In this document: positions 45,537 to 55,177 of the stretch, piece after piece
Position numbering within the stretch: position 1 is the first letter of the stretch
How the letters are laid out: each line of letters begins with the position of its first letter
Made by a program: the position numbers and the translations under genes
Notes under the pieces: model-generated
What the model saw: the letters and a program-made list of their open reading frames with translations, nothing else
What the model was told of the DNA's origin: nothing
The model's database searches: none
DNA from: a virus
Length of the DNA: 64,000 nucleotides
Virus record (IMG/VR): IMGVR_UViG_3300042898_002099
Strand: one strand, 5' to 3'

Positions 45537-46484
45537 TTAAGTTAGTTTTACTGTTACACTATTTGTTGGCGGCGTTACTTCAGTACTGACAGATGCAATG
45601 ACATTACCGTAAATATCATAATATGCTGCACCCGATTCATTTTGTTGTTGAATCGCTGCCGCATAAACTGACAATGTTTGTTTAACATTTGATTTTAATG
45701 TCAGATCAAATACTTGATTACCGCAACCTGATAACAAATTATAAACAATCTGTGTAATTTGAGAAGTTACTGCACTTCTAATTGCTGCCTTGTTTACTAT
45801 TGTATTGAAGTTTAAATTAAATCCGTCGATTGTTGTTTTAAATGTTGCCAAAGCAGTAACTACATCAGCAATACCCAATCCACTTGTTAATTTTGCGGTA
45901 ATAGCATCAATTAAGTCTTTGGTTTTTAATGATTCTGTTAATGCTTTAAGGTCAATATCAGGAACGTCACCGTTAGGTGTACATCCACTGCCCAATAAAT
46001 CTTGTAAAGAACAACCACCGGCATTAGCTGACCCTGAAGCTGGTCCTACTCCCGACAATCTATCAGTATTTGTTTTAAAATCTTGTAATGCCGTTTTATT
46101 AGCAACAAGAGCCGCTTTTTGAGCAGTTAGTGTTGCATCGCCTGGACTTGAAACAAGACCATCATCAACAGTCGCTATCCTAGCATCAATGCCTGCAATA
46201 GCAGCGGTGATAGATGTACCAACTGGATTTTGGTATAGTTGCCCGCCAATTTTTTCCATGACATCTGAAAAATCACTAGCAGCCGCCTGCGCCGCATTTA
46301 TAGTTGCGGTTACTTGATCAATTAGTTGTTTAATTTCCAATAACCCAGTTGGTATCAAACCACCTTGAGCGGCCTGTGCTTTGCCTTGGCTCAACTGAGA
46401 ATAAAGTTGTTGTAATGGATTGCCGCCTATCTGAGATAAAATAATCTTGATAAGCGAGCAATATGTTAATTTTAACACTGACAT
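45537..46484 (-). CDS. Hypothetical Ala/Thr-rich helical protein, possibly late/virion
   Basis: 315 aa; GATAAATA late-type box at 46521-46528. Confidence 0.6.
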   Translation of the reverse strand: MSVLKLTYCSLIKIILSQIGGNPLQQLYSQLSQGKAQAAQGGLIPTGLLEIKQLIDQVTATINAAQAAASDFSDVMEKIGGQLYQNPVGTSITAAIAGIDARIATVDDGLVSSPGDATLTAQKAALVANKTALQDFKTNTDRLSGVGPASGSANAGGCSLQDLLGSGCTPNGDVPDIDLKALTESLKTKDLIDAITAKLTSGLGIADVVTALATFKTTIDGFNLNFNTIVNKAAIRSAVTSQITQIVYNLLSGCGNQVFDLTLKSNVKQTLSVYAAAIQQQNESGAAYYDIYGNVIASVSTEVTPPTNSVTVKLT

Positions 46485-46488
46485 ATAG

Positions 46489-47613
46489 TTACCTCATAAT
46501 TCGTAAAATGATTGTATCTATATTTATCCTACCATTAACCGCTTGTTCTTTAGCCTTAATATCATTGATGTATGTTCGCAACTTAACTTTGCCTGCACCC
46601 ATTAGATCTTTAATTTGTTCTGCAGGTTTACGTAGTGTCTTTTGCTTAGATTTATCTGGTGACCAATTTTGCAAAGCCGACCCCTTAACAGTCATACCTT
46701 TTGTAGACTCAGACGTATAAACTGCTAGCTTACGAGTTTTAGTATTAAATAACCAGACTTGTTCTGCACCTACAAGATCAATTGCTTTTGCAGATGTCAA
46801 CCCAAGTTCTTCATCTTTAACTTTATACTTAAGAGATTTAATCTGTGTGACTGCAGGCTTTTCTCTTACTGCTCGAGGTTTGCGATTTGCTTTCTTAAAT
46901 TGTGAGTATTTCTCGCAATCAGCAATAAATGCCTCAAATAGCTTAACTAAGTTCTTTAGTTTGCGTTTATTGATATTAGAATAACCCTCAATCGTTTGAG
47001 AATCTTTAGTATCAACGACTGCATTATATTGATCTAATTTTTTCTGTGCCCATTCTTTAATGTCTGAAACATATGGTCCAGGAATTTGATTAGATTTTAA
47101 ATTATTGTATAAATTAATCTCAACATCATTCTTAATGAAGTCATCAATCAATCCTTCGACTTCGCCAATATACTCAGAAGTCTTTTCCTTCATTACATCT
47201 TGAATAGAAGGTTTTTTAACTGTGCCAATAGGCGTTACAACCTTAGCAACAGACTTTTTATTGTAGAATCTGTTTTTGCCTAACCGAATCAATTCATCAA
47301 GTGCATTATTAAAACCTTGCATATGAGTAGGTGATAATTTTGCGCCTTGAAGAACTAGTCTAGCAACCCAACCATACGTAATATGAACATCTTTCTCTTC
47401 AATTTCAGAAAAATATTTCGCATCTTCTGGTCTATTATGTTTAATATAATATTCGTAATACTTGTAAGAGTCAGCACGAGTCTTTTCTGCAGAATACCAA
47501 TTATTAATACGCATCAAGTCTGCGTTATAGTTTACAGAAATAGGATCAAGGTGCGAAACCGTAGGTTCCGAACCATATGTGCGACTCAAATCATGTTCAC
47601 GTTTAGATGCCAA
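46489..47613 (-). CDS. Conserved T4-like hypothetical protein
   Basis: GA..VW.FNTKTRKL..Y, KG, KTLRKP, NGRIN...I.L. Confidence 0.75.
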   Translation of the reverse strand: MASKREHDLSRTYGSEPTVSHLDPISVNYNADLMRINNWYSAEKTRADSYKYYEYYIKHNRPEDAKYFSEIEEKDVHITYGWVARLVLQGAKLSPTHMQGFNNALDELIRLGKNRFYNKKSVAKVVTPIGTVKKPSIQDVMKEKTSEYIGEVEGLIDDFIKNDVEINLYNNLKSNQIPGPYVSDIKEWAQKKLDQYNAVVDTKDSQTIEGYSNINKRKLKNLVKLFEAFIADCEKYSQFKKANRKPRAVREKPAVTQIKSLKYKVKDEELGLTSAKAIDLVGAEQVWLFNTKTRKLAVYTSESTKGMTVKGSALQNWSPDKSKQKTLRKPAEQIKDLMGAGKVKLRTYINDIKAKEQAVNGRINIDTIILRIMR

Positions 47614-47920
47614 TTTTATCCCCTATTGTAAATTTAATTTCTCTGATAGAATCATACCTACACGATCGCCATTCGTTTTTCTCTAAATCAAAAACAGAAA
47701 GCACGTCGTCATTTTCTTTTCTGACGCGATCTGTTTTCTTTTCTAGAATCGGTAACGATGATTCGATAAGAGTACACTTCATTTTTCTTATTGTATCATC
47801 TTTCTTCAAGAAAGTCAAATTCACAATGTCCGTTCTAAGAACGCCTTGTAACCATTCCCTAAATAACTTCTGTTCTTTCGAATCGGCTTCTTTATACCAA
47901 GTTGGGGATTCTAAATTCAT
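47603..47920 (-). CDS. SH3/WYL-like small protein
   Basis: F.K.D...R.M.CTL, VFD.EK..WRS.R.D. Confidence 0.7.
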   Translation of the reverse strand: MNLESPTWYKEADSKEQKLFREWLQGVLRTDIVNLTFLKKDDTIRKMKCTLIESSLPILEKKTDRVRKENDDVLSVFDLEKNEWRSCRYDSIREIKFTIGDKIGI

Positions 47921-48998
47921 TTTGTACGGCTTTCAAAATAGTTTCCACGCGATTATCGACATGGTAATTGTTCATAATTAAATTGTGACGAGCTAAAATG
48001 CCGTCTTTACCGGTTTCATCAAATATTTTATTTGCTTTTTCAGTAATTGGTAATGGATTTTGAATATCTTCATAATCATAGAATAAAATATAATCATGCA
48101 TATTAACAATATCTCTATGATATTTTAATGAGCGAGGAACGATTGGAATTCCTCCAGTAATTAAAGCATCGTATATTCGAATTGGCGCATCATTCAATAC
48201 TGGAACAATCCAATGTGCTTTATGACTGCACCATTCGGTAAATCGATCCAACATATCTCGGCTATGATAAGAACCATCTACTAATTTTACATTTGGCAAT
48301 GTTTTATGTAGTGTGGTTAAATTCTTTTGACGTAATGGGAATTGCGGATATTCAATGTGTGTTCCTAATGGATCATTGCTACGATCTGTGTCTGTAATAA
48401 GATTTAAATGTTCTTTTAAATATTCTTTAGACCATTGAATAGTACCAGACCCAACCGGGCCTGCCATGATATTATTAAATCTTGATAATGGTTCAAGATT
48501 ATCAGAGTGTGTTGGTACGTAAAGATCACATGACGCAGCTAGCATACCTGACAGAGCAAACCAGTGGTGGTTATCAAAATCCCAAATAACGAATGCAGAT
48601 GTAGGTGAATTTAAATACAATTCGATAAAACGATTTAAATTATTATCAGTCATCACATTGTTATTACTTAAAATAACAACTGAGTTCTCAAATACCTTTG
48701 GTGCCGAATTCATATTAAAGAAGTGCATATTTGCACCTTTTGGTTTATATGTAACAGCATGGAAAATATGGTCAGTTAAGTAAACTTGTCCTGAAAAGTT
48801 TTTGCTTAAATTTTCAGCAAGGTTTCTTACTCGAATATTTTTCAAGCGAACCATATCATAAATTAAATCTTGTTGAGATTGAGCACTAGTTCCAGCAATT
48901 GACTGGGCAATGTTATTTGCAATGCCATTGGTAGAGCTAATGTAATCAACTAGATTTGTTGGTGGCGGCGGTGTATCCATATTATAAAATACTGACAT
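47892..48998 (-). CDS. Putative glycosyltransferase (GT-B-like)
   Basis: IWDFDNHH, D.Y.P.H, C-terminal R.YDAL..G.IP.V. Confidence 0.5.
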   Translation of the reverse strand: MSVFYNMDTPPPPTNLVDYISSTNGIANNIAQSIAGTSAQSQQDLIYDMVRLKNIRVRNLAENLSKNFSGQVYLTDHIFHAVTYKPKGANMHFFNMNSAPKVFENSVVILSNNNVMTDNNLNRFIELYLNSPTSAFVIWDFDNHHWFALSGMLAASCDLYVPTHSDNLEPLSRFNNIMAGPVGSGTIQWSKEYLKEHLNLITDTDRSNDPLGTHIEYPQFPLRQKNLTTLHKTLPNVKLVDGSYHSRDMLDRFTEWCSHKAHWIVPVLNDAPIRIYDALITGGIPIVPRSLKYHRDIVNMHDYILFYDYEDIQNPLPITEKANKIFDETGKDGILARHNLIMNNYHVDNRVETILKAVQNEFRIPNLV

Positions 48999-49246
48999 TA
49001 TTCGTAATCCTCTTCGTCATCTAAATTTCTATTATTTGCCAGATTTCTAATTCTATTTTGTAAATGATCTAAAATAAGAACATGACATTTATCTGGGCCT
49101 ACAGTTTGATCAAATACCTCAAACACTCTTTGTAACATTGCGCAATTAAACATTAATAAATCTTCATCATTGTCGCACATCATCAGTTGGCGATCTACGG
49201 GTTTCATTAGATCTCGCATACGGTTTTCTACTTTTGAATCTTTCAA
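48998..49246 (-). CDS. Hypothetical protein
   Basis: RM..LM.P.D.Q.MMCD..EDLLM...AML. Confidence 0.6.
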   Translation of the reverse strand: MKDSKVENRMRDLMKPVDRQLMMCDNDEDLLMFNCAMLQRVFEVFDQTVGPDKCHVLILDHLQNRIRNLANNRNLDDEEDYE

Positions 49247-49411
49247 TTAACGACCTCTGCCGACTTTCTTTTGAATGGCTTTATTCAGTATAGGAAGATT
49301 TTTTGGTCTTACTGTGTTTGCTAATGCCTGCAAGTCTGCTAAAGGTTTCGAATGTAATTTTGGTTTTCCTGATTTCGTTGTATTGGTATCAAGCTCTTTA
49401 TTGTTTGCCAT
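49247..49411 (-). CDS. Small basic hypothetical protein (54 aa, not in track)
   Basis: GGAG SD; MANNKELDTNTTKSGKPKL...KKVGRGR; fills the gap exactly. Confidence 0.6.
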   Translation of the reverse strand: MANNKELDTNTTKSGKPKLHSKPLADLQALANTVRPKNLPILNKAIQKKVGRGR

Positions 49412-49423
49412 AATGTCTCCATT

Positions 49424-50122
49424 TTAAAATGCTTTTAGTTTTTGCCAAGTATCCATCCAATTAAGTACATTATAACACCCACCTATATTGTTGTCAATAA
49501 TAACTTTACCTAAAGGATAATCATTACCCACCTTATCCATACGGTCTCCGAAGAAATGAACTTCTTTTTCGTCTGGTAAATATTTGAGTATTTGAGATTT
49601 GTCGGCGCCTTTGGCAAATATGTCAATGCCCGTTTCGCCCCCGACAACGGCCTGTACAGTAGACCATTTGTTGTTGATTTCGTTTGCAATATGCTCTCGC
49701 TCAAGATGAATTCTATCCCATTGATAGTATTCGTCTCTTTCAATACCTATAGCATTACGACCAACTATTGAAAAGTTTAACATCCCGATTCTTTCTTCGA
49801 AATGTTTACCATATTTAAAATTATATCTAGAATAATACAGTTTGTTTTCAAGAAATAGCCATAAATCATCAGGACATTTCCAATCGCTTTTGTAGATTAA
49901 TTTACCTTGTTGATAAATTGCATTACCTGAGCAATTGAAAGAAAACCTGGCTTTGTTGACCAGGTCTTCTCCAAGCTGTTCTATAGTTTTTTCAAGATCA
50001 GATCCTGTCACAAATGCAACAGGATGTTGATCCATAAAATTATTAAACCAAACTTTAAATTCATTATCTATAACGCCACGACTCGGTGTGAGTGTGCCAT
50101 CCACATCAAATATAAAATACAT
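49424..50122 (-). CDS. Phosphomannomutase-like HAD-IIB hydrolase
   Basis: FDVDGTLT, VTGSD..K..EQL, E.R.GM.NFS..GR, GG..GIDI...G.DK, FFGD.....GNDY. Confidence 0.88.
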   Translation of the reverse strand: MYFIFDVDGTLTPSRGVIDNEFKVWFNNFMDQHPVAFVTGSDLEKTIEQLGEDLVNKARFSFNCSGNAIYQQGKLIYKSDWKCPDDLWLFLENKLYYSRYNFKYGKHFEERIGMLNFSIVGRNAIGIERDEYYQWDRIHLEREHIANEINNKWSTVQAVVGGETGIDIFAKGADKSQILKYLPDEKEVHFFGDRMDKVGNDYPLGKVIIDNNIGGCYNVLNWMDTWQKLKAF

Positions 50123-50133
50123 AATAAATTACC

Positions 50134-50550
50134 TTATGCTTTACCTTCTACTTTTTCTTTTGTACGGCCATAAGCAGCGATACCAAGAACGGCACCCATT
50201 GCAATATGATATAGCCCAGCACCTTGAAGTGTTAAAGGTTGCCATTGGCTCGTAACTTGACCTGCGGACATTGCTTGAAGCAATGACCATAAGATTGGAA
50301 ATACAACAAAGTCTGCTGTACAGGTCATCATGTAGACCCAACCCATAACAGGCCGCCATTTTTTGTTGATCCAATCTGTACTATCTTTATCATGTGCAAC
50401 TAGTACATCTGCACCGGAGTGCATTGCACCACCGGGGCTTTTTAACATCTCAGGATTACCAGATTGGTATCCTGTAGGTGGGGTTGCGTTAGTATTAAAA
50501 GGCGTTGGATTTCTTTTTTCTTCTTCAGCGTGATCGTCCCAATTTGCCAT
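50134..50550 (-). CDS. Holin-like membrane protein (GTA 3TM holin family)
   Basis: W....WRP.MGW.Y, W.PLTLQG.GL.H.AMGAVLG..AYGRT.EK. Confidence 0.7.
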   Translation of the reverse strand: MANWDDHAEEEKRNPTPFNTNATPPTGYQSGNPEMLKSPGGAMHSGADVLVAHDKDSTDWINKKWRPVMGWVYMMTCTADFVVFPILWSLLQAMSAGQVTSQWQPLTLQGAGLYHIAMGAVLGIAAYGRTKEKVEGKA

Positions 50551-50565
50551 TTTTATCCCTTTTTT

Positions 50566-50871
50566 TTATTTTTTTATCTTTTTTGCTCTTGGAGCCTTTG
50601 ATGCAGCTGTTTTTCTAGCTCTTGTAGCCACTGGTGCAGTTACAGCTGCTACTACGACAGGGTCTGCCGGTGTAGCAATTAGTTCGGCTGGTGCTTGACC
50701 TTGTGCCTCGACCACAACATCTGCAGGAGCAGGTGCTGGAGCAGTTGGCGCTTCGGCAGCGGCGGCAATAGCAGGTGATGCATTGATTTTTTCTTGTCTT
50801 GCTGCAAGATCAAGAGTTGGTTCTTCTGTTTTCTTTGGTTCTAACCCAAACAATCTTCTTAAAATACTCAT
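50566..50871 (-). CDS. Ala/Pro-rich hypothetical protein with amphipathic N-terminus and basic tail
   Basis: MSILRRLFG; AAGGA SD. Confidence 0.6.
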   Translation of the reverse strand: MSILRRLFGLEPKKTEEPTLDLAARQEKINASPAIAAAAEAPTAPAPAPADVVVEAQGQAPAELIATPADPVVVAAVTAPVATRARKTAASKAPRAKKIKK

Positions 50872-50958
50872 TTCAGTATCCTTTTATAGTTAATATTAAA
50901 AGTCACGGCAAGAACCGCAACAGCATTATATATTTAACACAATTCACACCTCACTATT

Positions 50959-51402
50959 TTATGAAATTGTGTCTTCAAATAATGGAAATGTGGTTACTTT
51001 GAATCTTTTTGGTAATTCTTCGAATAATCCATATTCTTCACTGGTCCCATCCAAAATAATTGAAGGTAAGCCTTCAAGATCACCTACCCAGACAATACTT
51101 AGGGTGCAGTAATCGGTTTTCTTGCTAAATGAGTTGGATGTATAGCGATCTTCGTAAAATCCGATTGGATAAAGTTCGCCTTTGAAATCTATACCGATTT
51201 CTTCTTTGATTTTTCGCCTGGCAGCATCGATTGCTCGCTCACCTTTGTGAATTCTGCCACCAATAGGCCAGAAAACCCCTTTGCAGGGTTCCTCGGTTCT
51301 TTTAATTAACAATAATTTGTCATTATAACGTAAACAAACATCAACGCACAAATTTACAGTATTTTTAATTATCTCTTTATATTGTTTTTCAGGAATAAAC
51401 AT
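50959..51402 (-). CDS. Nudix hydrolase, GDP-mannose mannosyl hydrolase-like
   Basis: VD......LL..R..EP.KG..W..GGR..KGE....A.R...EE.G. Confidence 0.8.
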   Translation of the reverse strand: MFIPEKQYKEIIKNTVNLCVDVCLRYNDKLLLIKRTEEPCKGVFWPIGGRIHKGERAIDAARRKIKEEIGIDFKGELYPIGFYEDRYTSNSFSKKTDYCTLSIVWVGDLEGLPSIILDGTSEEYGLFEELPKRFKVTTFPLFEDTIS

Positions 51403-51420
51403 TATTTCTTTTCATAATAA

Positions 51421-51612
51421 TCACACTTCAATATCTATGTACCTACCAAGTTTCAAATCAACACTACGTTTTGGGTCAATTTTTTCTATTCTTTGCTTTT
51501 CTATTGCTTTGCGATCAGTTTCAATTCTAGTTTGTCTAGAAGTTTCTTGCATGCGTAGAATATTTGCCTGATGTGCGGCATAGTAATCTAATGATACTTT
51601 TGAAATCTTCAT
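51421..51612 (-). CDS. Hypothetical protein
   Basis: C-term G..IDI.V. Confidence 0.55.
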   Translation of the reverse strand: MKISKVSLDYYAAHQANILRMQETSRQTRIETDRKAIEKQRIEKIDPKRSVDLKLGRYIDIEV

Positions 51613-51616
51613 ATTG

Positions 51617-51862
51617 TTATTTATTATCTAAAAAATGTTGTTTAATTTCTGCTATGCAATCTACACGAAACGCATTTTCAATTTGATCTCGATAATCTTT
51701 ATATCCAGGAGATAAATTTTCAATTACAGTAATACATTCGTTAATAAGCATATCTGCGAATCTTTCGGGATCTATTAAAAGAACCGATTGCATTTGTCCA
51801 TCAACTAAAATTGTTTTATACTGCTTGGACAATTCGGCAAATTGCTTAATTTTTTCATTCAT
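51617..51862 (-). CDS. Small early protein, MNE.I..LA / E.FA.LI..EC family
   Basis: MNEKIKQFAE...ERFADMLINECI...IKQHF. Confidence 0.65.
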   Translation of the reverse strand: MNEKIKQFAELSKQYKTILVDGQMQSVLLIDPERFADMLINECITVIENLSPGYKDYRDQIENAFRVDCIAEIKQHFLDNK

Positions 51863-51996
51863 AATAAGTAACTCCAAAGTCTAAGTATCCAGTATATAAA
51901 CCAATATACAATAACAAGCAGTACCAGGCCCCAAAAGGTTAACACTGCTGTCATGAACGCAGTTCCCAATAGTTTTATAATAAGGTCAAATATCAC
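51859..51996 (-). CDS. Small membrane protein (45 aa, not in track)
   Basis: GTG start, hydrophobic, stop overlaps next ATG. Confidence 0.45.
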   Translation of the reverse strand: MIFDLIIKLLGTAFMTAVLTFWGLVLLVIVYWFIYWILRLWSYLL

Positions 51997-52003
51997 TGTT
52001 AAC

Positions 52004-52255
52004 TTACTCTTTAACTCCAAAATGTTCTTGATATTTATTTAGCAATCTTTCAAATGCATTAAATGAAAGTTCTTGTTTATTAATTTCAATGCATTCTTTC
52101 ACGATCAACTCGCCAAATTTTTCAATAGCTTCTTTATCATAAGAATCCATCTGATCCCAGCAACCGCTAGCTGTTAGACCAGACTTATACATCAAATCGT
52201 CAATTTTAGAATCCATATAATTTCCTGCGGTAGTAAATTTTAAATCGTTCATCAT
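52004..52255 (-). CDS. Small early protein, same family
   Basis: EKFGELIVKECI...HFGVKE. Confidence 0.65.
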   Translation of the reverse strand: MMNDLKFTTAGNYMDSKIDDLMYKSGLTASGCWDQMDSYDKEAIEKFGELIVKECIEINKQELSFNAFERLLNKYQEHFGVKE

Positions 52256-52513
52256 TTAACCACCAAAATTTTTAATAATTAGATTGAGGGCATTGATAGC
52301 GGCGCCATTACCAACAACATCCTCGGGATGAAGCCAGTATCCTGTGGGATTATCATCAGTACGAGGATTCTTACGCCATTCGGTCAATTCTTTTTTTAGA
52401 TAGTTTCGATGTTCTTTTAAATTTAGTAAAGTAATGCGATCGGCTGCTTCGCCGTCTAATGTAATAGGTCCAAATCTTTTATTCATATTATTTCCAAGCG
52501 TTATATAATCCAA
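52256..52513 (-). CDS. Hypothetical protein
   Basis: GEAADRIT...L, WLHPEDV. Confidence 0.6.
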   Translation of the reverse strand: MDYITLGNNMNKRFGPITLDGEAADRITLLNLKEHRNYLKKELTEWRKNPRTDDNPTGYWLHPEDVVGNGAAINALNLIIKNFGG

Positions 52514-52709
52514 TTAAACAAGTAACGATTGCTACAATATTTACCGTCATCTGAGGCTTATTCATTACTCGTATAGTCCATGTCAAGAACATAACGGTAC
52601 CTAATGTAAATGCAACAATATTATATGGATAAGCATCTGGCCCAACGGCATTGCAAACGTGTCCAATGATGATGAATACTGCGCCAACCCATTGAATGAT
52701 GTTATTCAT
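52488..52709 (-). CDS. Small membrane protein
   Basis: Three hydrophobic segments, YPYN. Confidence 0.65.
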   Translation of the reverse strand: MNNIIQWVGAVFIIIGHVCNAVGPDAYPYNIVAFTLGTVMFLTWTIRVMNKPQMTVNIVAIVTCLIGLYNAWK

Positions 52710-53110
52710 TATTCGACTCCGTATTCTTTCTTAATATCGGCAGAACCACACCAGCCGGACTTATTATAGGCAATACGAGCACAATCGGCGGCAACCAAAC
52801 GGGCAAAGTTCTTATTAAACAGATCACCCCAATACTCTTCGGACTTTTCGTATTCGTAATCGGTAAAGGTCTCTGCGATATCAGCAAGCTTTTTAATCCG
52901 ACTCTCACTATCCCCATCTCCGGTTTTTCCAACGCCAGTTTTGCTACTCTCCGAATCCACACCTTCACGACCAGCGTCGAAAGCGGCTATGAGCCATAAC
53001 ACCATGTCATTACGGGGCGCACCTTGATCTAAGACCTCAAAGAATCGTTCCGATCGAAGGGAGAAAGACTCAAGTTCGTCGAACCAGTCTTCAAAGATAT
53101 CGTATGTCAT
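52709..53110 (-). CDS. Hypothetical two-module early protein
   Basis: WF.E.E.F.LR.ERF module plus C-terminal NFARLVAADC...IKKEYGVE family module. Confidence 0.6.
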   Translation of the reverse strand: MTYDIFEDWFDELESFSLRSERFFEVLDQGAPRNDMVLWLIAAFDAGREGVDSESSKTGVGKTGDGDSESRIKKLADIAETFTDYEYEKSEEYWGDLFNKNFARLVAADCARIAYNKSGWCGSADIKKEYGVE

Positions 53111-53361
53111 AGATATTCCGCAGCGTCATCAAAGCCATTATCAATTAGAGTTTGCTTATGTTCCGCGGTTAACAGTTTCACAAAATCCCAGATCTCTCTG
53201 TCATAGTCGTTAGACCAATCGACTCGGCCAGGACCAGGTCCCCAGGGTTCGTTTTGCCAGAACACAAAGCCAGCTTCTTTAAGTAATTCAAGAATACGAT
53301 TATTCATTATCATCTTTAATCTCCGGAAAGTTATATCGCTGCCAATCAGACTTGATACCAT
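53107..53361 (-). CDS. Small early protein (true start likely MNNRILEL)
   Basis: EAGFVFW..E.WGP...VDWS..YD. Confidence 0.6.
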   Translation of the reverse strand: MVSSLIGSDITFRRLKMIMNNRILELLKEAGFVFWQNEPWGPGPGRVDWSNDYDREIWDFVKLLTAEHKQTLIDNGFDDAAEYL

Positions 53362-53542
53362 ACATCTCTCGGATCTTCTTCACAGTAAGATTAGCGGGAT
53401 ACATGGGTTCAAGAGAACGCATTAAGTCACAAGCGTCATCTATCAGTAGCTCAGCAAAGCGCTGAAAGTTATCCCCAAGCATGAGTATTTCCCTATCAGT
53501 GAACTCTGCCTCTTTTACGTATTTTAGTACTCGTTCATTCAT
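53300..53542 (-). CDS. Small early protein, same family
   Basis: MNERV...QRFAELLIDDAC. Confidence 0.6.
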   Translation of the reverse strand: MNERVLKYVKEAEFTDREILMLGDNFQRFAELLIDDACDLMRSLEPMYPANLTVKKIREMYGIKSDWQRYNFPEIKDDNE

Positions 53543-53928
53543 GTAGTCTGTCCTTGTAATCTGATATATGCTGATATCGTGTAGTCATTATAATTGATTT
53601 TCCAATAAGTGTAAAGTCTCAATTTGTCCATTGCTTTATCAATACGCTCTGTAATCTCTGAAACGGGTAAATTGTTATCTACTGTAAAAGGAATACGCCA
53701 TTCTTGCTCTGTCACCTCATCGAACGTATTCGGGTCTACTCGCTTAATATTTTGTTTATGCACTCTCTTATTGTAGTATATCTTATTGAGGACTAGGAGT
53801 GTAGTATTGACATAGCCGTTTAGGGTGTCTGCAGGGCCATTTGCCCGTGTAGAGATAGTAGATGGAAAGTCGGGCATATCGGAGAAAAATGAGTCTTTGA
53901 GTTGTGAGTGTGGGATAATGGAAGTCAT
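53539..53928 (-). CDS. Hypothetical protein
   Basis: 129 aa, coupled to next gene. Confidence 0.5.
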   Translation of the reverse strand: MTSIIPHSQLKDSFFSDMPDFPSTISTRANGPADTLNGYVNTTLLVLNKIYYNKRVHKQNIKRVDPNTFDEVTEQEWRIPFTVDNNLPVSEITERIDKAMDKLRLYTYWKINYNDYTISAYIRLQGQTT

Positions 53929-54113
53929 AGTAGAATGGTATATAGAATGTTTTTGTAGCGCAAAATTTTCTGGGGGATTTTTTCTGGAGAATTTCTTTGA
54001 GGAATACTGTGTAGGAAATTGTGTAGACAGAAAGGGTTTGGATTGATAATATTAGACGGTCGCTATATGCTATATAAGCATACGCTGATTCTTGCTGTGC
54101 TAATTAGGGGGGT

Positions 54114-54275
54114 CTATCTGTCGGGGCTATTCACCTTGTCTAGGTCATCGGCGATTATGGTTGCTATTCTAGCGCCAGCAGCATCTAGGGCCTTATACGC
54201 TATTAAGAAGGACTCTCGACCGGATGCCGTAAAGGCCACCCAGCCTAGCACGAAGCCTATAAGCATATTAGACAT
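54114..54275 (-). CDS. Small membrane protein (53 aa, not in track)
   Basis: TAATG coupling; MSNMLIGFVLGWVAF. Confidence 0.5.
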   Translation of the reverse strand: MSNMLIGFVLGWVAFTASGRESFLIAYKALDAAGARIATIIADDLDKVNSPDR

Positions 54276-55177
54276 TATGCACCCTGTGTGAGCACATACT
54301 TAGCGAGCTGTTTCCAATCGCCACCCTCTGCTCTGATCTTTGTGGTTGCTATGAGTGATCGCAAGCTAAGGTTGCTGACCTTGTTCATGTTCTCTCTGAT
54401 GAACGCAATCGCATCTTTCTTTAACTGCATGTGATAGTCGCTGAGGAACTCGGGGTCTGCTACGAGTGTTTCCATGCGCTCGACCTTCTGCTCTTGCGTC
54501 ATGCTCAAGTCTACGCACATAGCCCTGCTCTTGACTGCTTGGTCTACACGATCAAGATCCATATTGCTGATGAACACGATTGTGCCTGTGAATTTGAATG
54601 TCTTTGGCAGATCGTCATCTTTGAAGTCTGCGTTCCAGGAGATCCAACGATCACCGTATGAGTCTAATGCACCCTTGAGCAAGTTCAACGCTACGGGGTC
54701 TTTCAACACGCTATCGCAGTCGTCGAATACTAAGACTTGACCGTTACCCTCGAACAGCGTTCTGTAGAGACCTTTTGCTGTAGAGAAGCCTTTGATTAAG
54801 CGAAATGCTTTCGGGGTGTTGATTCTGGCACCGATCTCGAACTGACCCAAGTCAGTGGTGTCTTGCATGCCGTGACTCTTAAGAGCTTTCAACACTGTGT
54901 GCGTCTTACCCAGACCGCCTTGGCCTGTGATAATTGCACTTGCGATCGTCTTCTTAGCCACCATGTTGACCATTTGCTCTACGAATGCGAAGCGCTCGTT
55001 GATACCAAATTCGGAAGCCTTGGGAGTGACATCGTTGCTTTGTGAGCCGATTACGAAACCCATCTTTGCAATGGTCTCTTTGACATAACCTTCATGCTTT
55101 GAACGAGCCACCATCTTACCGTCTACGAAACCTTCGAAACGGGCCTTTTGCTTGTTGAACTTTACGATCGCTTCCAT
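54275..55177 (-). CDS. AAA+ ATPase (SD-led start 55177)
   Basis: Walker A GQGGLGKT, Walker B VLVFDDCD, sensor FISN, SR. Confidence 0.85.
   Translation of the reverse strand: MEAIVKFNKQKARFEGFVDGKMVARSKHEGYVKETIAKMGFVIGSQSNDVTPKASEFGINERFAFVEQMVNMVAKKTIASAIITGQGGLGKTHTVLKALKSHGMQDTTDLGQFEIGARINTPKAFRLIKGFSTAKGLYRTLFEGNGQVLVFDDCDSVLKDPVALNLLKGALDSYGDRWISWNADFKDDDLPKTFKFTGTIVFISNMDLDRVDQAVKSRAMCVDLSMTQEQKVERMETLVADPEFLSDYHMQLKKDAIAFIRENMNKVSNLSLRSLIATTKIRAEGGDWKQLAKYVLTQGA

Noticed and set aside
52702-52968. Alternative-frame ORF (likewise 26306-26647, 34741-34932, 41779-41994, 49510-49743, 50141-50374, 57793-58050, 59010-59192)
   Set aside because: Nested in better-supported genes, with no motifs or initiation signals
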